NCBI RefSeq assembly: GCF_006345805.1
Contig: NC_043001.1
Coordinates: 119,102,001 to 119,166,000, forward strand
DNA length: 64,000 nucleotides
Reading direction: 5' to 3'
Source: Octopus sinensis
Lineage: Eukaryota
Shown here in pieces: positions 35,785-49,631 of the stretch; positions within the stretch are counted from its first letter, which is position 1; each line of letters starts with the position of its first letter. The notes beneath the pieces were generated by a model. That model searched no databases and was not told the DNA's origin. It saw only the letters and a list, made by a program, of their open reading frames with translations. Position numbers and translations under genes: made by a program.

Positions 35785-35984
35785 TTCGCCCATGATAGAT
35801 CGTTAGCCACTACACACATCTTTTTTTCCTTGTTTCTCTCCTTGTTTTTACTGTGTCCCCTTCTGTAGAAGAGCGTAGGCTCAAAATGTAAAAGACTTTT
35901 TCTATTCCTGAGCGTTATACTAATACATCTGCTTGTTTTGTACACCACCTATCTTCGTCTTTTGTGTTTTTCGTAAACTCTCCC
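35785..35984 (+). mobile_element. Short hammerhead-bearing element, family A
   Basis: Homologous to 52727-52934 (minus): TCGTTAGYYACT, GAAGAGCGTAGGCTC, TTCCTGAGCG, TACTAATACA, CTTCGTCTTTTG; ends at (TA)n. Confidence 0.8.
35855..35896 (+). ncRNA. Degenerate hammerhead motif (A6U, G12A, C15.2U)
   Basis: GUCCCCUU-CUGUAGA-A-GAGC-GUAG-GCUC-AAAA-UGUA-AAAGAC. Confidence 0.45.
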
Positions 35985-36006
35985 TATATATATATATATA
36001 TATATT

Positions 36007-36192
36007 CTTTTCTTATAGTCATTTGACTGCGGCCATGTTGGAACACCATCTGTAGTTGAAGAAATCGACCCCAGGACTTATTCTTTGTAAGCCTAGTACT
36101 TATTTTATCGTTCTCTTCAGCTGAACCGCTAAGTTACGAGGACGTAAGCACACCGACATCGGTTGTCAAGCGATGGTGGGGGACAAACACAG

Positions 36193-36233
<41 letters not shown>

Positions 36234-36822
36234 CACACACACTTGCTCACACTGCGTAAACGGCGTTGATTTTTACAATTCAGTAAATAGTAATAATATT
36301 TTATAAGCTTGAAGCTTACAAGCGATCACCGTGAAATGACTAAAGAAAATAGTCTAAGAATGGGGCATATAAGACGTTTTCCCGTACGCGTGGGACACAA
36401 ACACACATCTCTTTGTTTTAGCGACAAGTGTGCTAGCCATTTAGACGCGTACGGGGAAACCTACTTTTTTCTGTCGAGGGTTTTTATGCCCCATTTTTAG
36501 ATTATTTTCTTTAGTCATTGCACGGTGATCATTTATAAGCTTTGAGCACGCACACACGCACGCACACACATAAGCGTGCGCGCACACATACACACACACA
36601 TATATATACACACACATATATATTCATATATATATGTGTGTGTGTGTGTGTGAGAATGTATACAACAAGCTTCTTTCAGTTTCCGTTTGCCAAATCCACT
36701 CATAAGGCTTTAGTCGATCCGAGGCTATAGTAGAAGACACTTGAGTAATGTGCCACGCAATGGGACCGAACCCGGAACAATGTGGTTTGGAAGCAAGCTT
36801 CTTACCACACAGCCACATATGC
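36007..36822 (-). mobile_element. SINE family 2, full length but split inside its (CA)n spacer
   Basis: 3' half 36007-36200; 5' half 36655-36822 (GGCTATAGTAGAAGACAC..AAGCAAGCTTCTTACCACACAGCCAC). Confidence 0.85.
36313..36541. mobile_element. Fold-back MITE (~60 bp TIRs plus inner 15-bp inverted repeat)
   Basis: AGCTTACAAGCGATCACCGTGAAATGACTAAAGAAAATAGTCTAAGAATGGGGCATA matches the reverse complement of the right end; inner TTCCCGTACGCGT / ACGCGTACGGGGAA. Confidence 0.8.
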
Positions 36823-36849
36823 ATATATATATTTAGAGAGAGAGATCAG

Positions 36850-36885
<36 letters not shown>

Positions 36886-37965
36886 GAGAGAGAGGGGAGG
36901 AGAAAGTGAGGGCTTATTTAGGTAGATAAGTAGATGCATGTGTGTGCATATATGAATATATGTGTGCGTGGGCACGTTTCTGTAATAAAAAATCCATATT
37001 GTGCAATTAGAACGAAAACACAACTTTGTGTAAAGTCTTTTGGCAAAGGGCTCGTTAAACATGAAATGAATTCATGTTTTAGATCAATACTATACAGATA
37101 TACAATGATGGAGAAAAAGGAATGACATTAGAAACAATATCATGTCATTTATGTATAAGAACGAAATATCTTCTAGAGACACAAATTCGTGTTTCTTTAG
37201 TCTGCAGTAGTAAAATAACTTGTGTAATGTCTTCATCAGTCGATAGTAAACGGAAGTAGCCTTTACAGAAAATTACTGGTTGTATATAGAGCCACTGAAA
37301 TGTAGAATTTAAAACGGAAAATTAACAAGTGCTGAAATGTTACAAGAACTTTAATAATCATAAAAGCATTCAAAATAAACTAGTAAAAATGAACACAAAT
37401 GTAGGGAAAATATTTCGTTCGTGTAAAGATTCTTAACAATGAGTTTAATAAACATGAAATGGATTCCTGTTTGGAGAAATATGCATGATAAAATTTAATT
37501 TTCTAGTGTTCTTCCGTTTTCGCTATCATTATTTTTCTTTACACAATTGCTATAAAGATGAATTATTTCTCACACAAGTAAACGCCATCAAAGAATTGTT
37601 GTACTTCAACGGCGTTTGCATGAATTCTAAAGAATATTTCTGATTTAGAGAACACAGATATTTATAGGCCTTCTAGCTATGATCCTGCTGTCTATTTTAC
37701 CGGTGTTTTATATTTAGTACTAGTTTATTTTGTATATATAATGTAAACTACTAACAGAAAGAGATTTGGCACCATACTTTTACAGGTCAATCGACCGTGT
37801 GGCCCTCTTCTCGTTGCTTTAATGCTAGGAAATAAATAAGAACAATGAAGAAATCCTCTTGGAATATCCCTCATCTGATAATAATGAGTCCTTGACATTT
37901 CTGATAATTACATCATAACTACCTCGTATCTGCTGATATTAGAACTGGGTGAAATCACGTATTTT

Positions 37966-38086
<121 letters not shown>

Positions 38087-38247
38087 GCATGTATGTGTAT
38101 GTGTGTGGTGTGTGTGTGTTATCAGTTCTTTACAGTTTACCGTATTAGCGTACCAAACAAACAATACAGAACACATTAGGAAATTATATATAAAACAACA
38201 GAAAACGCAGTCATTTATTTAATACAGCATACACTAACACTAACACG

Positions 38248-38302
<55 letters not shown>

Positions 38303-38656
38303 CACACACACAAGCAAACAAACTCACACAGAGATACAAACACACACTTAAACACAAACACATATACGCACACACATGCACACACATGTAGATTTAGCTT
38401 ACAGCAACATTGGCTAGGTAAATCTCACTGGTGTAAGCCACAGTTTATATTGGATGATCTCCTTCAAAAGATCGACTCACTTGCCAAGTCTTTTGCCTAA
38501 TTGGGCTGTGGTCAATACCTTACACCTTTAACTGTTAAGAAGCTTAGATGAGTATCAACCCTATCTAATAGCTTGGAGTTACTGGCTAACATCTCTTTCG
38601 TCCTCCTCTACTTCCCTGTCTTCCATACCTTGTATGTGCGTCTGTGTGAATATATG

Positions 38657-38692
<36 letters not shown>

Positions 38693-39015
38693 TATTATAC
38701 GATATATGTAGATATGTATATATATATACGATATATGTAGATATGTATATATATGCATGCATGTATGTATGTGTGTGTCTGTGTGCATGTATATATATGT
38801 ATAAACGGTGTATTATATTATTGTTAACTTTTGTCTGTATATTGGCTTTAGTCGTTGGACGGTGGTCATGCTGGGGCAATACCTTTAAGCGTTAGGTCTA
38901 TCATATCGTCTTCAATACTGATTTTAGACATTTCTATATTTCATTGAATTTATTCATTGATCTTCAAAGTTACGGGACAAGTAAATATAAACAATAACGC
39001 AAGCAAATACATACA

Positions 39016-39046
39016 TATGAAGCGGTATCAAAAAGTTCCCGGACTA
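39016..39046 (+). mobile_element. Solo mariner-type TIR end (similar one at 63375-63405)
   Basis: TATGAAGCGGTATCAAAAAGTTCCCGGACTA versus TACGATGTGGTCTCAAAAGGTTCCCGGACTA; each abuts a microsatellite. Confidence 0.45.
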
Positions 39047-39052
39047 TATCTG

Positions 39053-39158
<106 letters not shown>

Positions 39159-39215
39159 AATTAACCTTCATCCCGAAGTTTATCCATCATTAATTCTGAA
39201 TACAACACCACCACC

Positions 39216-39246
<31 letters not shown>

Positions 39247-41589
39247 GTACGAACAATATAAGCAATTCCACGTGAACTGAAAACAATGACGTGATAACGT
39301 AGCTGTCTAGAGTATTTTAAATGTTGAATGAAGTTTCTTTGATCTTAGATCAATGATGATTGATTTGACACTAAACATCAGAAATAAAAGTATCAAGAAC
39401 AATATGACAACCACTACAAATAATGTCACATCATCATCATTACCACCATTATCAACGACAAAATCATCAGCTCTGTGACTACAAACCTAAAACTTTTGAA
39501 TAAAGAAATGGCAATTACGATAATAACAACATGATAGCAAAGTCTGTAGCTACATATGTTGCATGTCATTACAAGGGTGTATTTGCGCGCGTGCATGTTT
39601 CTGTGTAGTTTTCCCAGCTGAAATCGGAAGTGCAAGTGGCGAAGTGCCCATGAACAGTTAGGTAACCTGTCCACTAACACTAGTCATAAAGTATTGCTGG
39701 ACATTAAATTTAATGTTTTAAAAATTCAGAGAAAACCCTACCATCCAGTAAAGAAAAAATTAAGGCAAGCGCTCAAAAGTTACTCCGTTAAGTGTTTGGA
39801 CGTTATATTTTCATAGATTTTATGTAATGCTTAAAATGGTATGATTCTTGGGTGTTTAAGTCGAGGATCAGATTCGACGCATTGTGCTGATAAGAATGAT
39901 GGTAATTAAAAGCAAAAGGCCAGAGGTTTGTAGGATGATTAAATTTGTATAATGAAAAAAGGAAAGTGAAACTTGTAATGACAAACATTTTCTCGGTAGT
40001 AAAGACCATTTTGAAAAGATTATGAAGTGCTTGAATTTGTACGACATAAAAATGACTGGTGAAGCTGCCAGTGCTTATATATACGCATAAATATGTTATA
40101 ACATGCGTATATTTGCATATATGACTATATGTTCTGTATCTGTATATGTAAATATTTGTTTAGCATGGCTGCAGTCAAATGACTGAAAGAGATAAAAGAC
40201 TAAAAGAATATGTGTGTGTGCGTGCGTGTGTATGTGTGTTTGTGCGTGTGTATGTGTGTTTGTGCGTGCGTATGTGTGTTTGTGCGTGTGTGTAAAGAGT
40301 AATTGAGAGAGAGAGAGAGAGAGGGGGGGAGAGAAAGACTTCCATAATGCACACATTACATTTACATACACAAACACATGTAAAAGCTTCAACGCATATA
40401 AACATATTTTCTAATATGCATGCTTTTAAGCGCCACTCAATGACAATACCTGTACACACATACATACACACGCACTTACACACCTACCACACGCTAATGC
40501 AAGCATATATTGATATTTTCCTCGAGTTATATAGTACACTCACACACATATATGCAGTCATAAATACATACATACACACACATATATGCAATCATACATA
40601 CATACATACATACATATATTTGTTACTTAAAAACACACATTTTCACGCAGGCACAAACACTCACAGAGAAAAGCACAGAGATACATGCGTCCGTTGTCGA
40701 ACATGTTAGACTTGCCAATATTTCCTACTTTCTATTGTATCAATGTCGGAGAGTGCATTCAGACATGATGATATTGCTGTGGCTTTGTCTTACTGCCAAC
40801 CTCCACTGATATAACTACTGTCTATCTCAGGACTGAAATAAACGTCTGTAATCTGAGCTTTAATACGTTCAATATGAATCCATTGCTGTTGTTTAGTCCC
40901 TGATCATCTCCCTAATCTAGCAGGCCCATGATCAAATGCATTCTATCCCTGGTTATCACTTCTTTCATGGGTTTCACGGTTTATATATATTTGTGTATGT
41001 ATGTATGTATGTATGTATGTATGTGCGTTTGTGTGTGTGTATGTGTGTGTGTATATCTGTGTGTGTAGATATATGCATATATACATGCATACATTTATAT
41101 TTCATTCACCTATCCTGGAATCTACACTTCGAAACTATGATAGACAGTATTTTTGATATAAAGGTGAATGTTTGAATAGCTCAGAGCGGATTTCTTCACT
41201 CAGCTGGGTCTTATCTGCATACACTACACGTCCAAACATAAAAATATATGTATTCATTGAAGCATGCACGAACATACACATATAGCATAATGATATACGG
41301 ACATGTATACGATATGTAGTATTAACAGTAATAATTTCTATATAGTTGCTACTATATAGTTCTACTGAAGGGAATTTTCAACCGTGCGTATATTAGATCA
41401 GGTGGGCTGTTCCCCACCACTACTTATCAGGATAGCGGGGCAATTCTTGCATGTATCAACTTTGGAAGGCTTATTTCTAGGTGAAATGTACCGAATCCCG
41501 GACTGATAGGGGCATTGTGCGCGCGTGAGTGTGTGTGAGTGTATGTGTGTGTGTGTGTGTATGTGTGGTTTTTTTGAGAGAATGTTTCA

Positions 41590-42425
41590 AGGAAGGACCC
41601 GTATAATATTCAATATTGTCGGCGAAATCGCTACTAGCTAGGACCTCATTATAGTATTGGGTGTTTTATTCAAAATCTGCTTCTTCGCGGAGATATTGGA
41701 TATACTTACTGATATAATTTTTGTTTTTACCTAACGCCTAATTGTGGAATTTATGTGACAGGAAGACATATTGATGCAATGTAGCAACTCGCTAGGTTAT
41801 GGTTAGGAAAGTTAAAACCTGTTCAGCTGTCGAGTGTAAGAGGTAGGAAGCCAACTACTTTTATTCCGTGGTTGAAGAGGATTGCCAAGCCATAGTTTTT
41901 ATAGAATATATGAACAATCTCTCTAGTTTTCTACAGGGCTGTAGGCGTATGGTCTACAGCAGTAAGCAATTTGTCTTCCCTATACATACAGCCACCTAAA
42001 TCAAAGGAGTATTTTCCTCATTCATGAGGAAATATACACACGAAATCTATCATTTGAGCGGAGTCATAAGAGCCCATGACAGTATTAAAGTTATCAACAC
42101 GAGGTTTTCTCCCATACAGATAACCTTAGAAAAGGATAGGTGTATTTCTAGCTGTAAGTTATAATTCTAATCCTACCTGGGAGATCTTGGTAAATATTTT
42201 AGCGACGATAAGAATATTAATTTTCTATAACCAGATGTAAAAAGGAAGGACAAGACCTAGCTAATCTATCAAACAAAGTAATATCCTGTCCGGAATAGTC
42301 TCAGGGGATTAGTTTAACGTGTTCCCTAACAATTGGTGTGATGAAGTCGAGGATGTTCTTGCTAATTCTACCATGGGTTGATTTGGATGGACAGGTTAAC
42401 CTAATGGAGTAAGTTAGTAAAGTTG
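41590..42425 (-). mobile_element. Penelope-like reverse transcriptase fragment (degraded)
   Basis: LTCPSKSTHGRISKNILD; FNTVMGSYDSAQMIDFV; MYREDKL (YRDDGL-like); YGLAILFNHGIKVVGFL; YYNEVLASSDF. Confidence 0.75.
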
Positions 42426-42444
42426 CTTGCAAAGTCATATAAAC

Positions 42445-42652
42445 TCATAGGGCCGGTTTCCCGGTTTCAATGGCGCATATATTCCCCACATGGACGGGAT
42501 GCCGGTCCGCTGCAGAATTACCCCTTCTTGTCTGCTGAGTGGACTAGAGTAACGTGAAATGAAGGGTTTTGCTTCAGAACCCCACGCATCGGCAGGTCAA
42601 GGAATGAAAACCACAATCTTACGATCATGAGTCCAACACCCGAATCACTAAA
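42445..42652 (-). mobile_element. SINE family 3
   Basis: CATAGGGCCGGTTTCCCGGTTTC..AACGTGAAATGAAG..ACCACAATCTTACGATCATGAGTCCAACACCCGAATCACTAA on the plus strand. Confidence 0.75.
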
Positions 42653-42666
42653 GCTGTCTGTCTATG

Positions 42667-42711
<45 letters not shown>

Positions 42712-42800
42712 GTCTGTCTATCAGTCAGTCAGTCAGTCTGTCTGTCTGTCTATCTGTCTGTCTATTTGTCTATCTGTCTGTCTGTCTGTCTGCTTGTCTG

Positions 42801-42928
<128 letters not shown>

Positions 42929-43204
42929 ATCCACCTTTCTGTCTGTCTAATCAATCTATTTGTCGACTGGAGGACCAGAGTAATTGCTTACGCATTTCGC
43001 CATAGTAGCTAAATTCTGGTAAAAGTTAAAATAAACATCTTAAACGAAAAGGAAGTCCTTATTAGATGATGTAATTCTAAGATTACTGAACGCATAATGT
43101 CTGAATAAGAAGGCCTGTTCACAGTAAGGAAGAACTGGTCATAGCATGTCTGTCACCATAGCTGACGATGGATAAAACACTAACAACAGTTATACAAGTA
43201 ACAA

Positions 43205-43223
43205 TGTGTGTGTGTGTGTGTGT

Positions 43224-43314
<91 letters not shown>
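43205..43314. repeat. (TG)n microsatellite
   Basis: Direct reading. Confidence 0.95.
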
Positions 43315-43317
<3 letters not shown>

Positions 43318-43721
43318 TTGTGTGTGTGTAAATGCTTTTGCATAGTTGTCAATTCAAGCAACTTTCATATTCATCCCCGAAAATGTGCCGAATGTGATAT
43401 TGTAAAAAGTAAAAAAGAAAAAAAGAATCAATATCTTTATCATTGATCAAAAAAATATTTTCTCATATTTTCGAATCCAAGCTTCATTCATGAAGCTATC
43501 AATCAACCTATCAAGCGCAGGTATAGCTGTGTGCGCAACATTTTCGTGTCGCAACTGCGTGCTTTTGAGTTCGATCGCTCATTAAGGCATATATGCAGAT
43601 TTCCCGACACATATTTGTACGGATATATATACATTTCTCTGCACACTAACATATGCATCTAAAATGTGTGTCTTTATGAATGCACATAATGGATGTATGT
43701 GTGCTGATATATATGTTCTTC

Positions 43722-43752
<31 letters not shown>

Positions 43753-43768
43753 GTTGTTGTTGTTGTTG

Positions 43769-43811
<43 letters not shown>

Positions 43812-44284
43812 TGTTTTTATTGTTGTTGCGAGTGAAATTAGGTAAATGAAATCTATCGAGACACCAGTTGTTGGTGAAAAACGTTACTGTTCCTAAGCAC
43901 CAAACTGGTTTAATTAACACTACTGTCTGGCTTTAATACATACATACATACATACATACATACATACATACATACATACATACATACATACATACATACA
44001 TACATGCATACATACATACATATAGTAAGAATAATATAAATAATTTAAGGATGGAATTATAAATTCCATTCTTGAATTATTTTGATTATTTTTACTATAA
44101 TCATCCTCGGCTACGTCGACATAACTCGGTTCGATCCCACAAAACTGCTGTTGCAGGTTGGAATCACTAGGCCGTACCGACATAATGAAATAATGAAATA
44201 AGAGCTTTTGTATGCATGCTCAAAAACGTGTCCCGGAAACGAACTAAAGTATATATACATACATTCATGTGTTTGTGTGTGTAA

Positions 44285-44368
<84 letters not shown>

Positions 44369-44963
44369 AAAAGCAATAAAGATTCAAGTCAATTTTAATG
44401 AATTTACTTGAATATGGTACCTAACTTAGATGCACCAAAAAACTATACGGTTTTAACCATACAGTAATGTGGGGTGATTATAAGCGAGAAAGAAGCAACA
44501 AGAATGGATAAGTTTTTAGTACAATCGTTTCATACAAAGACAGGCTTTATTAAAAGTTGCAAAAATTGCAGCATATAAACGTGTCCCGTACTCATCAGCT
44601 AAAATACATGTGAGTTCTCTAGACATCTTAGTGGTTGAGGCTATACTCACGAAGTAATGTAGATAATTAAGTAACATAAACAGATTTCCAAAGTTCATTA
44701 AAGTTCTTTAAAGATGATGCACAGTCTTATCACAGATTTTTAAAAAAGTTTTAATAGCATCACAGAGAAGGTGACTTAATCCATAGTGTACATATGAATT
44801 TCCAGAGATATGAGGAGGGATTACATACTCACAGACAACAAATTTATCCATGGCTAATCACAACGAGGTGGGTATCAATTCCTGCTTATTAGCATTACAG
44901 AGAGGGTGAATTAATCCTTTGTATAGGTGCACAATTTCCAATGGTGTAGATGTAAATTTACAT

Positions 44964-45021
<58 letters not shown>

Positions 45022-45037
45022 CACCACCACCACCACC

Positions 45038-45104
<67 letters not shown>
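44964..45104. repeat. (CTA)n(CCA)n(CTA)n compound microsatellite
   Basis: Direct reading; analogous (TAT)n(TGT)n(TAT)n at ~43724-43808. Confidence 0.9.
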
Positions 45105-45246
45105 TCTTATCAATTATTTCACTCTCCCCACGAAAGTTTTGTTTTCAATTTTATTCTAATTTTCCCCCGTTTTCTCTTATACTTCTATTCGTGTGAAGAA
45201 AACCTATTTTCCTGTATCTACATCTATATCTATGTTTAGCTCTCTA

Positions 45247-45640
45247 CTAGCAGTATAGCCCAGCGTTGCTCGGGCTTGTTTTCTTTTCGACCCTTTAGAA
45301 TTGGAATTTTTGAAAAGTAAAAATTTTGCATTATGTAGCTTGTTATTCTCTTTAAGTGAACATATTTCGGGTAGAAATATACCAAAAAATGGCGACACAG
45401 CAGTCAAAAAATTGTAAAATATAGGGATTTTTCATAGAAAAATAGCACCTTTTTGATGTGAATAATTTTTGATGTTAACATGATCCGATTTGAATTTTTT
45501 CTTCTACGGAAGGAAGAGCAAGCCTACTTGTATCATACTCTCAATTTTGGTCAACTTTCGCCGCAGGGTCTCGGAGGAGATAGTGTTAGTTGAAGGCTAC
45601 CAAACCTGTCATACACAGACAACTTCAGCTTTATACGAGA
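45247..45640 (-). mobile_element. Helitron non-autonomous element
   Basis: Plus-strand A|CTAGCAGTATAGCCCAGCGTTGCTCGGG is the same 3' end as 5078-5463; other end ACAACTTCAGCTTTATA matches that element's 5' end. Confidence 0.8.
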
Positions 45641-46085
45641 ACACATACGCACATATATATTTACATGTATGCATATAGACACATACACGCACACACACAC
45701 ACAGGCACTCAAGCACACAGACACACACATTTATATATACACGCGCGCACACACATGTATGTATATGTGAATGTATTTTCACACATATATATAGCTATGA
45801 AGGAAACTTTTCTCGCGAGCCAGTTTCCGAAGCGAAGCTCTTTCTACGTTCGAGTGTACACGAACATATTAAATATACTTGTACACGCCTATTTTCAGTC
45901 AATGCTGCTTCCTGCGCCTCTCTTTGATCACTTCCAACTGCATCAAGCGCTGAGCACATCGACAGATATACCATTTGTTGTCTGAATATAAGAATGATTG
46001 TTCTAAGTAAGCTATAAACGACGGATTCGTTAAATTTTTATGATGGAACATAAAGACGCAGAAATGCCTTTCTTCTCCGATTCAG

Positions 46086-46093
46086 TGACGTCA
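46086..46093. promoter_or_regulatory. Full CRE palindrome TGACGTCA in a unique CpG-containing segment
   Basis: Exact motif only; no functional evidence. Confidence 0.2.
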
Positions 46094-46985
46094 TTCCTCG
46101 TGCAGCGATGTGTTGTTTACGTAGATTGTATATAAAGAGGATTGTTCTTTCTGGATAGTTTCCACAGCAAAGATATTTCGACGAACGTGTTAAATATAAT
46201 TGTACCCACGCACGTATACGTATGTATATGCGTGTGTGTATGTATGTATATATGGTGTGTGTGTGTGCGTGTATGTATGTATGTATGTGTGTGCATGTAT
46301 CTGTGTATGCATATGTGTATGTTGATTAGTAAACCTACTTTGACCATATTTTCTAGTAGTTCCTCCTCATTTCTCCCTTCGTTCTCCACCAAACTACATC
46401 CATCGAAAACATTGACAACCACGCTCCTTCTACGCAGTAAAACCGTTGCGTTTTTTTCTCGTCATTGAAACTATATAAATAACGAAATAAACAAGAAAAT
46501 AAAGTGACTACATTACATTCAAAATGGCGCAGCTTTCGAATGTTTTTTAACAATTAGCTCTTTCAGCTCGTAAGATTAAACTTGTTGTTGGCATGCCTTC
46601 AACAAATGACCAATTAATAAACTTCATTGCCAATCTCTTACTTTATTCCTCCTTTCTCTCTTTCCTGCTCTATTTTCTTCTTTCCAACTTTCACTCTCTA
46701 TCAATTGCTTTACTCTCCATGTGTCAATCTGTTATACTCTCGCTTTTTCCCTTTCTCTCTCGCGCACATACATAAATTCTCTCTCTCTCTCTTTCTTGTT
46801 ATACATATATACATGCCTGTTCTATGTTATGCTGATACGCACACTCACCCAAATATATACATATATGCATATATTATATAATCTGTGTGTATGTATATAC
46901 GTTTCTCTCTCTCTCCCCATTTTTGTCTTTATATGTTTGCGCATGTATATATATAAATGTATGTATGTATGTATGTATACGTGTG

Positions 46986-47045
<60 letters not shown>

Positions 47046-47200
47046 AACATGAATGTAAACATATATGTATATATATGCTTGTATGTGTAAGTATTTATAT
47101 GTAAGCATTTACGTATGTGTGTGCTAATGTATATATATATATATATATGTATGTGTATATATATGTATGTATATTTATGTTTATATGCATACATTTCCCG

Positions 47201-47281
<81 letters not shown>

Positions 47282-47659
47282 AAATCTATCCCCTCTATAA
47301 ATTTGTCCCCTCTGTATTCAGCCCTGTGTGGCTAATAAATGAAAGTTATCTATAAATCTATCTCGTCTGTCTAGACCCAACAATTAGATCTAGCTTGCAA
47401 CAGATGGAGCTAATGTCGCAGCAATACGACAAGCATAATTTCCGCCACAATCATCATCATTAACACGACCAGTACCGCTATAACCACTACTACTGCCGAA
47501 TGCTATTACCACCACCACCATCACCACCGTCAACAACAACAGGAACAACAACAAAAACACAGTGGTAAGAATCATGGTAGGTAGCCATGCTTTGATACCG
47601 TCTTCTCAGATTTCGATTAGTTTGTCTTCGTTCCTAAGTTTACCGCCCGCGGGATGATG

Positions 47660-48080
47660 ATATATAACACATATCTGGACAAGATTGCCAATCAGAACGT
47701 GAAAACAAGTAAATAAATACCACCTGGCGGAAGGTAGAATTTCCAGAAATTTTGGCATCTCAAAGCAACAACATTACCTATTTATTGGAGCACTTGGAAT
47801 GATATGTTGACCAAATTCTTGGCAGTCTCAAGAATGATTGAATTGCAAAAGATTATAGCTATGCGCACTTCACGTATTTTATGTAAATTCTCCTCCATCT
47901 AAAAGCAATCTCATTCTTTTTTTCTCTCTCCCGCAGACAGCAGTATTTTCAATTGCATTGCAATTCACCTTTTAGCATCTTCAAATGCAAAACCTCGCTG
48001 CACCTTAATATCTCTGGTTGAGACTTAGGGGTGCAACTCGTATAACTTAAAACAAAGCTAGAAAAAATGTAACCATAACA
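47660..48080 (+). mobile_element. R4/Dong-like 3' fragment
   Basis: FWHLKATTLP(I)..IGALGMI..RMIELQKIIAMRTSRILCKFSSI* followed by a 3' UTR. Confidence 0.65.
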
Positions 48081-48099
48081 ATTTGACACAGGGCCAGCA

Positions 48100-48160
48100 A
48101 TTTTAGGGTGGGTCTAAGTCGATTACATCGACCCCAATGTTCAACTGGTACTTACTTTTC
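48100..48160 (-). mobile_element. SINE family 1, 3' fragment
   Basis: AAGTCGATTACATCGACCCCAATGTTCAACTGGTACTTA. Confidence 0.6.
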
Positions 48161-48212
48161 CTCGGGAAGACACTCGACAAGAAATGGAAAGTTGAAAGAA
48201 CTAATGATGATT

Positions 48213-48244
<32 letters not shown>

Positions 48245-49262
48245 AATAACAATAATGATAATAATAATGATGATGATAATAATATTAAGTACGTGTAGGT
48301 GTATGCTCGTGAATGGGTGCAGATAACTGAACAAACGCAAAAAAGTTGGAGTTGGAGTTGTAACTGGTTATAAACTGCTTCACACAATTCCTTATTACGC
48401 GTGCCTATGAAACTTTGAGTAATGTGAAGTTGAGTGAACTTGCAATTAATTACGCGTGCGTGTGAACGCGTTTGTATTTGTGTCTGTGTGTCTGTTGAAA
48501 GAGAGAGGCATAAAGAAAAAGGGATAAGAATAGAAGGAGGAATAAATAAATAGTAAAACCAAAGTAAATGGAATGAATTACAAATGTGCAAAAATAACAG
48601 AAATAAAATATGAAGAATAGAGAGGGAGAGAGGGAGAGTATGGAGAGAGGGAGAGAGGGAGAGACGGGGAAGAGGGAGAGAGAGAGAAAATAACGTGAAA
48701 ATACAAACTGGGAAAGAATTCGAGAAAGAAAGCAAAAATATAAGATAGAAATATATAGAAAACAAAGGAAGTGGTGTATAGCATATCGATTATTTTCTTT
48801 TTCCTATTTTTTTTTATCGTTAGGAACGAGTTCACAGATATTTAGAGCGAGCGAAGAGTTCATAGCTTTATAGGGCGAAGAGATGATAAATGAGTTTGTG
48901 CGATTATAATTCATTTTAGAATGTTACAACGAATCAGACTGAGGGGCAATTGCTACAGGCAGCAAAATCCATTACTATGGTGCCTATTATATAGCTAGAG
49001 GTCTAAGCCAGCGAGATTTATATGGACAGACCGTAATCGTAGTAATAACACTGTAGCCAACGAATCATTTTGATCAGCCGTCTGCGTGATAGCTCATTGT
49101 GATCCTTTGATAAACTTCACACACATCTGTACAGCAGGTAGATGTTACATAATTCTGGATTACACACACACATACACACATACATGTATATATATCTACT
49201 AATATGTGTATATGAACATACATGCATATATGTATAAATATATGCATATATATATATGTGTG

Positions 49263-49300
<38 letters not shown>

Positions 49301-49368
49301 CATATATATATATATATATATACACATGTATACACACGTATACTTGTATACAAGTGTAGTTATGTATA

Positions 49369-49403
<35 letters not shown>

Positions 49404-49566
49404 ACACACATGTACCAAGCGGAAAACTGGAAACGTTAACGGTAGAGGGCTAAATATGCCAGCGCCGGAAGTGAAGCCATGTTCTTTTGGCGCAACATTG
49501 ACTGTAATGAATGTACAATTACTAATCTCTGATGTAAAACTCTCAGTGCATAAATATATAATTCAG

Positions 49567-49631
<65 letters not shown>

